Of a DNA stretch of 64,000 nt, positions 11,095 to 24,625 are shown one piece after another. Source of the DNA: the human T2T-CHM13v2.0 reference genome, Homo sapiens. Location: the NCBI RefSeq assembly GCF_009914755.1, contig NC_060931.1, one strand, 5' to 3'. Positions within the stretch are counted from its first letter, which is position 1. Every line of letters starts with the position of its first letter. The position numbers and the translations under genes were made by a program. The notes beneath the pieces were generated by a model. That model worked only from the letters and a program-made list of their open reading frames with translations, was not told the origin of the DNA and ran no database searches.

Positions 11095-12940
11095 TTTTTC
11101 CTCATATATATCTTGAATTAGACTGAAGAAAGCCTGAATCCCTGAACTGTGCAACAGGCAGAACAGGAAAAGTCTGAGAGAAACCCACTATTATCAGTTC
11201 AAGGACTGGCTTCCCTAGAGAATGGAGTTAGAGAGAGGAATACTTCCTCTTCTTGTTTGTTTCTGTGTGTGTTATTTTAATGTTTTCCCAGCTCAGCCCC
11301 TAGGTAAGTCTCAGTTCCAAAAGTACCCTTCAGCGGAGGCAGTGGCAGCAGCCACTGCTCAGACACTTAAAACTCCGAGAGAAAAAGCCAATTCCCTGAC
11401 AACAGTAACAGGAGCAAGCTTCCCCTGTAATGGGAACAGTGTTGGGGAGGAATCTCTGCCACACGCTACTTCTCTCTTTCTTCCTGCTGCTTTGCCCCAG
11501 AGGTAGATCCAGTTTAAAAGTATGTAACAGCACAAGAGTACAGTAGCAGATACATATATATTGTTTGGAAATAATAAAAATTAACTAGAAATCAATAACA
11601 GAAAAATGACTAGGAAATCTTCTAAGTATTTGGGAATTACACAGCAAATGTCCATAGTTTTCTACCCGGAATACTAGAGAAAAAGCTCCTGTGTACTGGA
11701 GAGTGAAAGAAATCACAAGGACTGGGGATCTCAAGAGAGGGGTCCTACAAAGCTGTGTCTGAAGTCCTGGGCCCAGCCTAGAGCTACAGATGCGTAGGAT
11801 TGATTGGAAACGGCACACCAAAGTGACTGAGAAAGAAGCCATGATGTAGACCAACAACGAGGAAGCAGACTGCGCTCCCCAAAGGAGCACAGATAGAGCC
11901 AATTTGGATATCCCTGCAAAGGCTTTAAGGCTGAACTGACATCGGGACTATAGAAAGTGAGTCAGACTGGCATCTTGATCCTAACTAGGGTCAATGGTAG
12001 ATTAAGAAAAGCAAAAGGATGGGAAGAAAATCTACCATGCAAACACTAATGAAAAGAAGGTTGTATTGGTATGGTAATATCAGACAAGGTAGACTTCAGA
12101 ACAGGAAAAATAATCAGAGATAAAGAGGGACATTAAACATTACAAAAGCGACAATTCACCAGGAAGCTATAATACACCTACATGAGTATGTGCTTCATAA
12201 CAGAGCTTTAACATCTGTGAAGTAAAAACTGTCAAAATAGGAAGGAGAAATAAACAATATCCCATTTAATGATAAAATAAACAGAAAGAAAATCAGCAAG
12301 GGCAGAGAAAACGTTAAACAACTTCAACTAAAAGACTGAGTTGATCAATGGGAACACACCACACAGCTACAGCAGGATGCACATACTTTTCCAGTTCTCA
12401 TTAAACATGTATCTAGTTAGACATATCCTGGATCATAAAAGAAACCTTCACAGATTCAAAATAATACAAGCCTGGGCAACATGGTGAAATCCCATCTCTA
12501 CAAAAAATACAAAAAATTAGCCAGCTGTGGTGGTGTGCATCTGTAGTCCCAGCTACTCAGGAGGCTGAGGTGAGAGAATTGATTGAGCCCAGAGGTCAAG
12601 GCTTCAGTGAGCTATGATTGTACCACTGACCACTGCAGCACTCCAGCCTGGGTGACAGAGCAAGACCCTGTCTCAAAAAAAAAAAAAAAAAGAATAAAAT
12701 AATAGAAATTTTAGTATACGTATATTCCTTGAAAATAATGAAAATTAACTGAGAATCAATAACAAAGAGAACTAGAAAATCTATCAATGATTTGGAAGTT
12801 AAACAACAAACTTTCAAATAGTCCAAATTATCCATAGTAATTCAACCAAGAAATCTCAAAGGAAAGTATAAAATATTTTGGAGTGATTTAAAGTGAAAAT
12901 AAAATGAAATGTTGGGGGAATGAGCTAAAGCAAAGCTTAG
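11095..12940 (+). mobile_element. Ancient L1M fragment (5'UTR-like region plus ORF2 endonuclease region)
   Basis: 12010-12460 resembles the ORF2 endonuclease coding region (GGATGGGAAGAAAATCTACCATGCAAAC, TCAGACAAGGTAGACTTC, GATAAAGAGGGACATT); the upstream part resembles an old L1M 5' end (less certain). Confidence 0.65.
12467..12695 (+). mobile_element. AluJ, 5'-truncated
   Basis: AluJ diagnostics (TTGAGCCCAG, GAGCTATGATTG, GACCCTGTCTC); A-tail; TSD AAAATAATA at 12458-12466 and 12696-12704. Confidence 0.92.
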
Positions 12941-14179
12941 CTCTATCTCCATATGGAGGACCCATATGGAGGATTTGTAGAGTGTTTCTGTGTTAACACC
13001 CTCCCTTATGCACTAATTCTGTGAAAGTAAGAGGATATGTTTTTATTGCCTGAATATTCAAAAAAATAAAGAGGTCTAAAGATTTTGAAATATATTAAAA
13101 TTGGATATGTTGAGAAAAACTAAATCCAGCAATAAACAATTGATATATGTAAGACAGAGGCAGCAGGAAAAAGTGAAGTAGACTGGAGCTTTACAACAGT
13201 CATATTATCATCGTCCATTTGTATTTGTATCACACTTTATAGTTTCAGCACATGTGCACATCATTTCATTTGACATTCATCACAAGCCTGTAACACCCAC
13301 CTTATTTTGTATTTGCAAAAATTGATACAAATATCTAACTATCTAAAACTGATGAGGACTATGCTACTTTTTCTGATCCCTCTTTTCATCACATCTCATG
13401 GCTTTTTCTAAATTATACATGAATATTAATTTATTCTAAATCAGGCTTATGAAGGAGAGTAAACAGCCATATAGTGTCACCTGATGTAATAGAAATTAAA
13501 CCGCATGCTTTGTAGAATAAAAACTAATTAATCGCATTTATAGTCTATTTACTGGTTACTAGCCTCACAATTCCTCTCAGTTATATGTTAGCCCTGTATA
13601 ATTATATTTTTAAATGATTTATTCATTTGTTCTACCCAAACAGCAACAGTTAATTTTAAATTGATTAAATATACTCTAGGAATGAGCTTATGAACTGTAT
13701 TTCAAAGAATAAATCATACTTTTAACGAATAGAGTCGAGTTTAATTAATTAAATTGAACCAAAAATGTAGTCAGTGATATTTCTGTCATCTGAATTTAGT
13801 AGCTGGGGTCATCAGAGCAAGACGTTTGCACTCATTGACATTACATAAGTCAATCCAATCAGTTTCACATACATTTGAATAATTTTGATCATCTTTGTAA
13901 TAATTACTGAATCAAATATCACTTTAACAGTACTATTCAAACATTGACATTCATTTAAATACCATGATCGATGGTTAAATTGGGTAGCTATGAAAGATTC
14001 AATGAATATAATTTTTAAAATTATAGAGAGATGAAATTGTGATTTCTGTTGGAATAACATAAATTGAATAACAATAGTTTAATTTTGAATAATTACCCAT
14101 GAGTTGAGACTTCAGGGCATTTATTTATTTTTGAAGAACAGTGCACATTGGCTTATGGCACAGATTTGAAACAGTTAGA

Positions 14180-14360
14180 CATGCCACTTTATTAGCTGCT
14201 TGATTATAGCCAGGTTTCTAAATTTCTCTAAACCTCACTTTCTCATTCTGTAAAATAAATATAGAATAGTACCTACTTATTAGTTCTATTGTGGGAATTA
14301 AGTAAAACATACATAGCACAGTGTCTGGCAGAAAAGTAAAGACACAATAAATATTACTAC
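14180..14360 (+). mobile_element. MIR
   Basis: MIR core CCTCACTTTCTCATTCTGTAAAAT...AATAGTACCTAC...TAGCACAGTGTCTGGCA. Confidence 0.75.
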
Positions 14361-14861
14361 TGTTGTAATTACTATTTTTATTAATATTATTATTAGCATT
14401 ACCAAGACTCTTTATTAGGTAGAAAAATGAGATTAGTGCAGAAAAGTAAAGGGGAAGAAACAAAGTTGTCAATACCTTGATATTATTAAAATACAAGCGT
14501 CAATTATTGAGACAGAAGTCAAGGCTTGGCATTTTTACAGAAATTCCCCCTGTCCAGGCTTGAAGGCAAATGGCTGATCCAAACCAATGTGTTTGCAAAG
14601 AAATCATAAATTAGGAAACAGTGAGGGATTAAAACTAAAGATAACCCAATTAGGTGTCAGGTTAAATGATGAGGTCTAATTGGTCAGAAATCAAGGGGCA
14701 GAACAAGTAAGAGATACTAAGTCTAGAGGCAAAGCCATAGCAACAAGTTTCCATTTGAGAAAAACTCTATTTCAAGTAGTTATATTATTCACAGTCAGTC
14801 AGGACAGAAAGCGCACTGGGAATGTAAACATGGAGATTTCAATATGAATAATTATTACCTG

Positions 14862-15398
14862 GTGATATGTCTCTTCAGCAGTTGGTACAATAGCATGTAT
14901 GCCAGCAACTAGCAACATCAGCCTCCACCTGATTTTCCAGCATTCCTGCAGGAGGCTTCCAGCACACCAGAAAGAAGGAATACATGAGAATTCTTAGGAC
15001 TGAGAGACAGTGCAAAGGAAGGGGCTGACTTGGGAGGGAATCTCCTCTCTGATGCTGAGTTTCAGACAACAGGATGGTGCAACTGGCTGGATTGCCTTAG
15101 CCTAGGCATGGTCCATAGGCTCTGCAGTGAGGCTGCAGTTTAGGAAACCATGAGCATGGACTGGTGAGCACAAAATCTTCTGTTGGGGGTGAGGAAAGCA
15201 TGGGTCTGAGACACTGGAAGCCTCTTGCTAGAATGGCTGAGGGTGTGCAGAAGGGGAACACTGCTGGGTGGCTGTCTCTCAGACATGCCATTCTGCTAGC
15301 TATCAAAGAGAAATGATACTGGCTCCAGCTCCAGAATCACAAATCAAGGCAATGAGGGTAGATTTGGATTTCAGAGATAATAAATTGATAACCACCCA
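14862..15398 (-). mobile_element. Old ERVL-type LTR (LTR41/LTR33-like)
   Basis: Minus-strand start GGTTATCAATTTATTATCTCTGAAATCCAAATC...TGGAGCTGG is homologous to the start of the LTR at 58442; left boundary uncertain. Confidence 0.5.
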
Positions 15399-16869
15399 GT
15401 AGCAATAGCTCATATTATAAAAAATCACTTTGTGCCAGGTACATAAGCTTATTTAATTTTTACAATAGCCTTATGATTTAGAAACTATGGGGCCTTCTGG
15501 CCAAACACCATGAGGAACACAAAGTAAAAATATATATATAGAGAGAGAGTTCTCTATATACATATTAGTTCTTGCAGAGAAGCACATATAAGAAACTGGG
15601 GCATCTCAAAAGAGGGGTATGCCATCAAAGGTTTGGGGTGTAACAGTGAATCTCAAAGCAGCCTTGGTAGTTATGTTCAGGATTTATAAACCAGGCTAAT
15701 CACCGGAGCAGTCAGTGGACTTATTTTCAATTTGCAGTTTGTCTCATGACCTCACAGCAGGGCCACTATTAGAAAGATTTGTAATAGTGCAGATGGTTAC
15801 AATCTTAGACTACCAGAGCTAGACTCTTCCAGGGCCAACAGTCTAAGTTTAGCCCTAAAAGTTGATGACCATTGTCTCTTCTACTGTACTACATAGTGTG
15901 TGTTATTACATTCAGAAAAATAAGGGAATGGCCTGTATTGGGACCACCTTCTATGTTTTGAAAATCAAATGAACTTGATGATTTACATTTAAAGGTAAAA
16001 TTGGCTATAAATGCTCCAAATTGCTTATTCCTTTTACCAGCAGCAGCTTCTTCTTCTCCTTTTTAAAATAGTGCATTAAAAATCACCCATGACACAGCTT
16101 TATCTTACCCTGAATGAAAGCGAACATTTAAATATCTTGATTTAAGGTGACAGATGTGGTATAATTCTATTATTACATCTTCTGATCCAAAGATTTAGTC
16201 TATTGTAATTTTTTTGTTTAATATCAATAAAATGTCTTTCCCATTGATCTTACATTTGAATGAGCTCAGATTAATTCCATGAGTCTCACCAGATTTATAA
16301 CTGGAAGACAAAGTGGGGATTGGATTGAATTTATTTAAATTTAGTCTAATTGAAACCGAATCTCCTACAAGTCATTACTAAAAACAGCTTGTCTGACAGG
16401 GAAATATGTACAGTGCATATTTGAGTTCCTATAAAACTTTAATTCCCTTTGCGTGCTGTTTGTGTCAGGAAAATATATAGAACTAGAGAAAATTTATCAT
16501 CTACTTTTGAACATTTAATTACTAAAAGAAATAAAGGTAGATCCAATTCATGTAGAATGCATTTTGCATCATAATCAGCTCTGTAACTGAAACCCATGTA
16601 TCAGTGGATGATCTAGAATTATGTTAAATGGAGAATTTCTCAGTAGGTGCACAGTGGTTTGGAAAATTTCCAGCTCTGCATTTATGGAAGTGGCAGCAGT
16701 ATATTTACATATCCAGTGTTCAAAGTGAACTTAATAGGGGTGAAATGGGAGAATCCACATGGCAACATAGACTCTCCCACTGTGTAAATATCCTACAGCA
16801 TGCAAAGTAAGTCACTTATGTATTCCTACATACTTCTTACATATTTAAAAAATTAGGATCAAGGAGCCT

Positions 16870-17600
16870 GTATTTCATTTCAGAGTAGAGTGCTTACTAT
16901 GTGTGTAATATACTGTTATTTGGAGCTGGGGATAAAAGGATGTGTCAGACAGCACATGACTGGGATGGATCTTAGTATGCTGAAAGAAAGAGTTTCATTA
17001 AAAGATCATTTCATTTCACTGTAATAACAGTAATGATAGAGACAAAGTAGAATATGGCACAGACACAAACTACATAACCCAGTTTGGGCAGGTGAAGAAA
17101 TGAGAAAAACTGTGCCCTTAGGTGGATGAGTAACAGTTACCACATGGGTAGTGGAAATAGGTTTACTGTTAGCAAATATTTTAATACTTTGAGTACTCCA
17201 CCATTTGATATTAATGGGCACTAAAGCACAAGCCAGAAGTGTCAAGAGCTGAGATTTGAAAGGGAGGTGGAAGCCAGATTTTGGAGCAACTAGAAAGTGG
17301 TGTCATGTTATGGAGCTTGAACTCTTTTAGATTGTTCATCCATTATCTGTGATGGGAAGAAATGGGTTTCAGGGAATGAAATGGAGAAAGTGAAACAGTC
17401 AAAGTTTATACATAGTCAAGACAAGGTATCACAGTGATCTAAATTGGGCAGCTATGATTAGAAAGGAGAAGAGAAGGATTCAAGAAAGGATTTCCAATTC
17501 ATTCTGCAAAAAGAAAAGAAAAACAAACAAACAGGAGACATTGAAGAAGTCTTCAGAGTTTTGTTTTGTTTAATTAAGTAGAAGATAAAATCAGTAGGGT
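16870..17600 (-). mobile_element. L2 remnant
   Basis: L2 3'-end reverse complement (GAGTGCTTACTATGTG...GGAGCTGGGGATA) followed by purine-rich degenerate L2-like sequence. Confidence 0.55.
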
Positions 17601-19454
17601 AAAGATAATCAGACTTACCTAGCTTTCTGCTTCTAAGTCTTAGAACATTGCCTGGCACACTGACTTAACTTTCGAGGAATTGAATGCCACATCAGAATTG
17701 TGTGTCTAAACTACAGGAAATCAGCAATGGAGCTGATTACGATGACAATTCACAGCATTAACTGGATCTAGCTTTATTTCTTTTAATCACTAAATGTTCA
17801 CAAGTAAATGATCCTTTTTTCCCTATACCAACACATGTCTATGATTAATAAACTAAATGCTGAGATGTTTTAGTGATATATTAGTATGTCTAGTGTAATA
17901 AGTAATCTTTATAAAGCCATCACAATTTACACATTACTTTCACATTTATTAACCATAACCATTTCTACTCTCAAAATAATGCTCTAAGTTAAGTGTGTGG
18001 CTACCCCCATGTTACAGCGCCAAATGCCCAGGGCCCCAATTCCCTAGAAGCCTAATTTCTGGAGGTTGCTCTGTCTTTGTGATTGCAGTGTTGGTGTCTG
18101 AGGAAGCAGAATCCAGCACTTAACCAAAAATTCTTTCTTTTCCATGTTTCCTCACAAAGTACCAGGGTTACAAATCTTAGAGTGATTTGTTTGGCTTTTT
18201 CAGTTCTGCATTATTCATTGTTTATGACTCTCAATTCTATGAGGCTGAGCAACATGCCTTTGCACTCAATTAAATATCTGTGTTGCAGAAAAAAGAGAGT
18301 AAGGTCTGAGTGTCTGAGGAGGGCCTTGGAGAGGAGCTTCTGAGGTCTCTGAATAAAGTGAGGGAATACACATTACTATTTTATTGAGTGTGTTTTAAGG
18401 GCTATTTAACATTAAGCTACTGCTCTGAAGATTATGAATAATAAGTAGATTACTTGTTTTGAAAAAAATTCTGTAATGCTATAAAATGGGCTAAGTTAAT
18501 GCACTAGAAACCTATTAAGCAGAAATCCTGTTGCACCGAAGTGTTATTTCAACTAGCAATCCATGTAAAAATCACTGTTTTTAGATGCCTGCTTCCTCCA
18601 TCCTCTTGATACAGACACTCTTTTAGTCAGCCTAAAAGAAAAGGTTGCATTTATGTTCACTGTGCATTGATAATTGACTAACGGATGAGGGTGGAAGGAA
18701 GGCAAAATAGTAAAAACAAACAAACAAACAAACAAACAAAAAAACTGAATAAATTTGAATAATCCCTTGATCATTTCCTAATACCCACATTCTTTAGTCC
18801 TAGGAAATTCAGTTTTGAAGTTTATCTTTCTTAGGATAATTTATCAAGGCCGCTACCCATTTTTCTTGTTTATTTAGTCACAAAGGCCTCTATAAAGAAA
18901 TGTCAAAAGCATAATTCAGTATATTAAACAGTATAATTAAACATATAAACCAAGCACAGAGGGTAGCATGTTAGTCCTAACTGGTGGGAAATGTGTTCCA
19001 AGGGAGCTTTTACACGGAATTCAAACCCAAGTAGGCATGTAGAAACCAAGGTTGGAGTGCAGCTATAAACCAGGCAAAGGAAACTAAATGTGCAAAGACA
19101 CATCCTTTTAAAAAATGCTAAACTGAGCAGCAGCCTCCTCAGCTAGCCAAGCAGACTATTTGAAAAGTGGCAATGGCCACCTTCTCCAGCTGTTTAATCT
19201 GCTGCCCACCATCCCTCCCCCGACTCCATCTGTCTTTGCCTGTCCTCTGCATTCTGCGTCCTGGATGGTGGTTCCTTTTCGCTGTTGCCCTCTTTACTTC
19301 TTGTAGTTTGTTTTGCACAATGGAAGCCCCAGCAGGAAAAGAGAGAGGGTTATGGTTTCCAGTCCCCATTTTCTCCTTTACTTAAATGGGTCTGGCAGGA
19401 GCTTCATCTCTCTCCCTACGCACAGTCCAACCCCCCCGCCCCCCCGGCCCCCCC

Positions 19455-19722
19455 TTTTTTTTTGAGATGGAGTCGCTCTGTCGCCCAGGCTGGAGTGCAG
19501 TGGTGCGATCTCAGCTTTCCGGGTTCCAGCAATTCGCCTGTCAGCCTCCCGAGCACCTGGGACTTCAGGCGCCCACCACCACACCTGGCTAATTTTTGTA
19601 TTTTCAGTAGAGACAGGGTTTCATCCTGTGAAGTCCAGTCTCAAACTCCTGACCTCAAGTGATTCGCCTGCCTTGGCCTCCCAAAGTGCTGGGATTACAG
19701 GCGTGAGTCACAGTGCCCAGCC
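19455..19722 (-). mobile_element. AluS (Sx-like) with several small deletions
   Basis: T9 tail, GAGATGGAGTCGCTCTGTCGCCCAGGCTGG...GGATTACAGGCGTGAG. Confidence 0.92.
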
Positions 19723-20180
19723 CCCAACATGGCCCTTTTTCTTGCTGGGAGCTCTGGCAGCCTCCTTCCAGAGCTACAGCTCTAGCCAGCTCCGGGAACA
19801 CCCCTCCCCCATCTTGCCCCCTCAAGTCTGGAGTGTAAGGGTTTCTAGTCCCTGGGGCCTTCTTTCATTCTTGGTTCTCCTTGCCGCACCCCCACCAGTG
19901 CGAATAGTCATTTCATTCGATTTTTTTCAGCCAATCCTTTCAACGTGCCATCTGTTTCTTTCCAGGATGCTTCCAAAATACAACTGTTTTCTAAGCTTCA
20001 TACCATAACAGATTTTCCTCATATGAAACTAATTTTGTGCTTGAATGACTCACTGAAGCCTTCTGATGACCCTGCTGAATAGCCTATGAGTTATGTTGGT
20101 TTTCAAGGTAGCTTTATTAAGAATGTGATAGAATAAATCAATGTCTCATTCGTGCACAGGGTCAACAAACTTTATGAACC

Positions 20181-20647
20181 TGTGAAAAGGAAATTAAAGC
20201 TTGGGATCCCAATTCACTCTGCAAAAGGAAAAAATTAAGCTGAAAGCTGAGTCATGCAAGGACCTGCCATTCCTTTTGTTCCTAAGCAGAAAGCTGCAGA
20301 TAAAAGGTTAAACATCTCCACAGGTAGATACTCTATGTTCACCTCATCTTATGTAAAGAGCCAGTTTACTTAGTATGAGAAAAATACATCTTTGACTATT
20401 CCCCTACCTGCTCCTTTTCTCTTGCAACATATGGATTTAGTAATGTGACCATATCCTCCTTCTTTCCCCTCCAGCCTCTTTTTCCACTTTGATACTGAAG
20501 CCCTCAAAATCATCTTTGGAGAAAAACATAGACCATAAACTATTTCTGGGATTCCCCGTTTTTTTTTCTCCCAGGCATTGTCTTTAACCTTGGCAAAATA
20601 TACCTCTAAATTGATTGAGACCTGTGTCAGATACCTTTTGGTTTACC
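20181..20647 (+). mobile_element. MER4-family solo LTR (MER4C-like, ERV1)
   Basis: TGTGAAAAGGAAATTAAAGCTTGGGA start, TTTTGGTTTAC end; 4-bp TSD AACC at 20177-20180 and 20648-20651; AP-1 site TGAGTCA at 20248-20254. Confidence 0.85.
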
Positions 20648-20929
20648 AACCTATAGAGATCTTCCAAAGTTATATTAAATGTGGATGCTTCATATCATCT
20701 AGCATGAATCACTGGATTTATGAATATGCAATGGTTAAATAAATGTCACTTCAGTTTTAGAAAAACAAAATGCACTTTGGAAAAAGCCATTTGTTAAAAT
20801 GTTGTAAGAATAATGATATAATTGAAATACTGCATATTTTCCCTTTTGATTTCTATTATTTTAAATCTCTCATTATCTCTTGTCCAGATTATGGTCATCA
20901 TTGACTTTCAAGTGTTGGTGACTTTTGCC

Positions 20930-21490
20930 TGTTTTCTGCTTTCCAGCTAGAACTATCCAGTAATGTTGTTTCCCCAGCTTTTAAGACTTCAGTAGTTCTT
21001 TTCAACTAAGATGAAAGTGGAAGGTTATCAGGATGGTTGACAAAGCAGTTCCTTATCTGCTCCCTGACTCTTCCGAAAGTATTTGGACATGCAATTCTCC
21101 CACAAGAACAAACTTCTCCAAAAGCATTGAACTTGGCAGCCTTCCCTGAACAGATCATTTTCACTTCCTTCAAGTCCTGTGTAATGCGCCTTTATCAGCC
21201 AGAGTAAATTTTACTTTTTCTTTTAAGTCACAGCTGAAGTAGTTATCTGAGAAGACTTTTCCAACATTTTTATTTTTATTTCCGTGAAGCTTCTCTTTTC
21301 TTCAATTACAATTTACTCATACCCCCATGATAGAATATGCCATTTTATATGTGATTATTCTTTCATATGCCCTTATTCTTCCTAATGGTGTAAGCTCTTT
21401 GAGAAGGGAAACTAAACATTTTCATCCTTGAATTTCTGGTGCCAAGCATAATGTCTGGCATTCAAGAGGTGCCAATAAGTCTGTTGAATT
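20930..21490 (+). mobile_element. L2 remnant (3' end)
   Basis: TGTAAGCTCTTTGAGAAGGGA...GTGCCAAGCATAATGTCTGGCA...CAATAAGTCTGTTGAAT. Confidence 0.6.
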
Positions 21491-21636
21491 CAAGACTGTG
21501 AGAAGTACCACTAAGCCCATGATTCAGCTTGGATTGTACATAGAAAAGTCACTGTTGTGTGGACCCCTTCCATCCTCCATCTGCCATAATCTCAGTCGAA
21601 AGTCACTGTCCTGATATCTATGAAGTCTACTGAAGC

Positions 21637-21940
<304 letters not shown>

Positions 21941-23629
21941 GTCTACTGAATAATTTGCATAGAAAAATGCTCCTAGAACCTTATTAGTCAATAGCAAATC
22001 ATGGTTGGCTAAATTTCAAACAAGAAGAGCACCAATCTAGTAATGGATAACATGGATGAATTGATTCAAAGAAAGATTAATTTTATGTTTCTGTGAAGAA
22101 GCTTTTATGTTTCTTCATGCCAGAGTAATCTTCTCATATATTCAATAACAACATAAAGCAATGGACAAATTCACTTAGATCAATTTTCTCCTGATTTTAA
22201 ATAAAAAGTTAACATAAGTCCTTTCAATTTGTTCAACTGTAACATAATCCAATAGCTCTGATAAAATTCAATTTTATAATGGTTTAATTGAAAGTAAATT
22301 AAACAAGTGTATGTCGAAGTTTTATCACACCAAATATTTTAAATTACTCTGAAAACAAATATTTCAATTCTGATATGATGACTTTAAACATGATAATGTT
22401 TGATTTTTAGAACAATCAATAAGAATTTCACATACATTTGGGAGCTATCTTCTATTGATTTTGCACAAAATTAAATCAAATTTCACTTTATGCCCAGGTA
22501 GTCATGGTAAAGGAAGAAGAACTTGCAAAACAGATTTGAGTTTTGTTAAGTATTTTATCAAATGCCTTCTATGGTAGTAGCAAGAATACATTTTCTTTCC
22601 CATCTTACTCCTGATAACCAAGATTGGACTAATGAAGCAGAGCATATGCATTTAATCATTTTATAAGTTAGTTGGGCATTTACAGAGGAAGGTGGTTCTA
22701 TAATTACCCTTCTACCATCCTTTGAGTATTGTCATAGGTATGTATTACAGGACAACATATTTTTAAAGAATTGATATTTTATAGCCTATTCCTCAAAGAA
22801 TTTGAAGAACATTATAAAGTGAAACACATATAAATCAGAACAATTAAAATTTAAAAGCAAATAAAAAACCAATTAGGAAGAAGATAAAGGCAAATGAAAT
22901 AGTTTCCTGGAATGATTAATTTATGCCAAGCACTGCCTTTTGCCCTGTGGTTCATTCAGCAGCACAGGCAGAGAGGAAATAGATGTCAGCTCACAGGATT
23001 CTAATTCTTTTGTTTCTTCTCATAGAACATTTCTTGGCTCAGCTAAAAAGTCACTGACACTGAATGCACTGGTGACTTTGGAGAGGTGTTCTCTGTTACA
23101 TGGGCAGTGCCCACTACATAAATTCTAGTTTGAAGGCAGAGGGACATTTCCAAAACAGACTCTACAATCTGAAATGACTACATTGAAGCCTAAATACCAT
23201 GAAGATATATAAACTGTAATGGAGTTTATCTCTTCTAGTCTAAGTATACATCTTTCTGATGATCTAAATGCAAACAGATAGAATTTTTGCTGTAGGCCAT
23301 ACCAGTAGTTGAAAGCAAAACACTGGTTCCTAAATATGATCTGAGTGAAAGCTCCTACTCCCAGTGAGTTCGGCTGGTAGAGGTACCTTTCCAACCTCTG
23401 CAATCTCTCAGCTGCTCAGAAAGAGTTGACGTCAGTGTCATCTGCTTAAGAGGTATTAGTCTACCGGTCCTTGACTGGGTACATTATGACTACATATAAC
23501 TTGAGCTGAGAATCATCACTGGGGTAGCAGCCTCTCATGAATTGGAAGACCCTCTTCATCTGAGTGTTGTTCTCAGAAGCTGAAGGATCTCCATTGTCAC
23601 CCTTAAACATTTCTTAAAGTTTAATTTGC

Positions 23630-23810
23630 ACTGGCTTAGACTCAAATTCTTCCTCTAGGACTTTTGGTAAATTAATTAATCTCTGGGTCTCTGTTTCTGC
23701 ACTTGCGAAATATGGATGGTGTCTGCCTAATGAATGGTTTTTCATGAGAATTAGTTGTGTTATATGCCACAAAACACTAGGTGACACCAGGTGTCTGATG
23801 TCAGTATTTG
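23630..23810 (+). mobile_element. MIR
   Basis: CTCAAATTC...GACTTTTGGTAAATTAATTAATCTCTGGGTCTCTGTTTC core. Confidence 0.6.
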
Positions 23811-24625
23811 TTGGTTCCATTCCTCCTTCCTTTATCCTAGGGTTTGAGTTTCATGCTGTTAGGTATCTTGAGACATGAGCTGTTTTATACTAATCTACTG
23901 TCAACCCCTGAAGACTCACCTGGCTGCAATTTTTCAGTCTTATCACTTTAAAATCTCTGCCACTTTCAGTGTCACTTTTGAACTTCTATTTTCATTTTAC
24001 TTCATTTTACATAGGAAGATTATGAATTATCAATGTTCTAATAAACCAAGTGATGGCTTACTTTCACCAGCTTCCTTTCTACTGGAGAAATGTTATGGAT
24101 GCATATATTACCTGCTATAAAATCATGGCAGATGACAGTGGATGGTAACTCCTTCATGCACCCAACATGCCCGTCACTCTCATCCACCATGTCTGCCTGC
24201 TAATCACATTATGAATTTCAGAGTTGTATATTGCCCAGAGATAAGAGGATGACTTGTAGGATACATTATGTAACATAGGCCTCTTGACAAATGAATGAAT
24301 GTTAAGATTTTCTGATTATTTTCTAAATTATAGTTAATATCTGTTACTTTAGTTACTAAACAGACAGAAAGCAAAAATAAAATAAGATAATTTGAAGAAT
24401 TATGAGCTTGTCTTACACTCTGCCCAAAACAGGGTCATGTGCATCTCAGTGGAGCTGAGTTGAAGGGAATCTTTTCTCAAAATAATTATATTTCTTCAAA
24501 TTTGTTAATGAGTTTGTTTTAAATCAATGTATTTTATAAAATCAATTATGTAGAGCTTCATTTTAGTCTAAAAAATAAACTTTACCTATTGACCAGTTAT
24601 TAACTTCATTAAAGCTTTTTGTTGG

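Noticed and set aside
19139-20008. Cluster of overlapping ORFs of 68-126 aa
   Set aside because: Largely Alu-derived or chance ORFs in locally GC-richer sequence; no recognisable domain.
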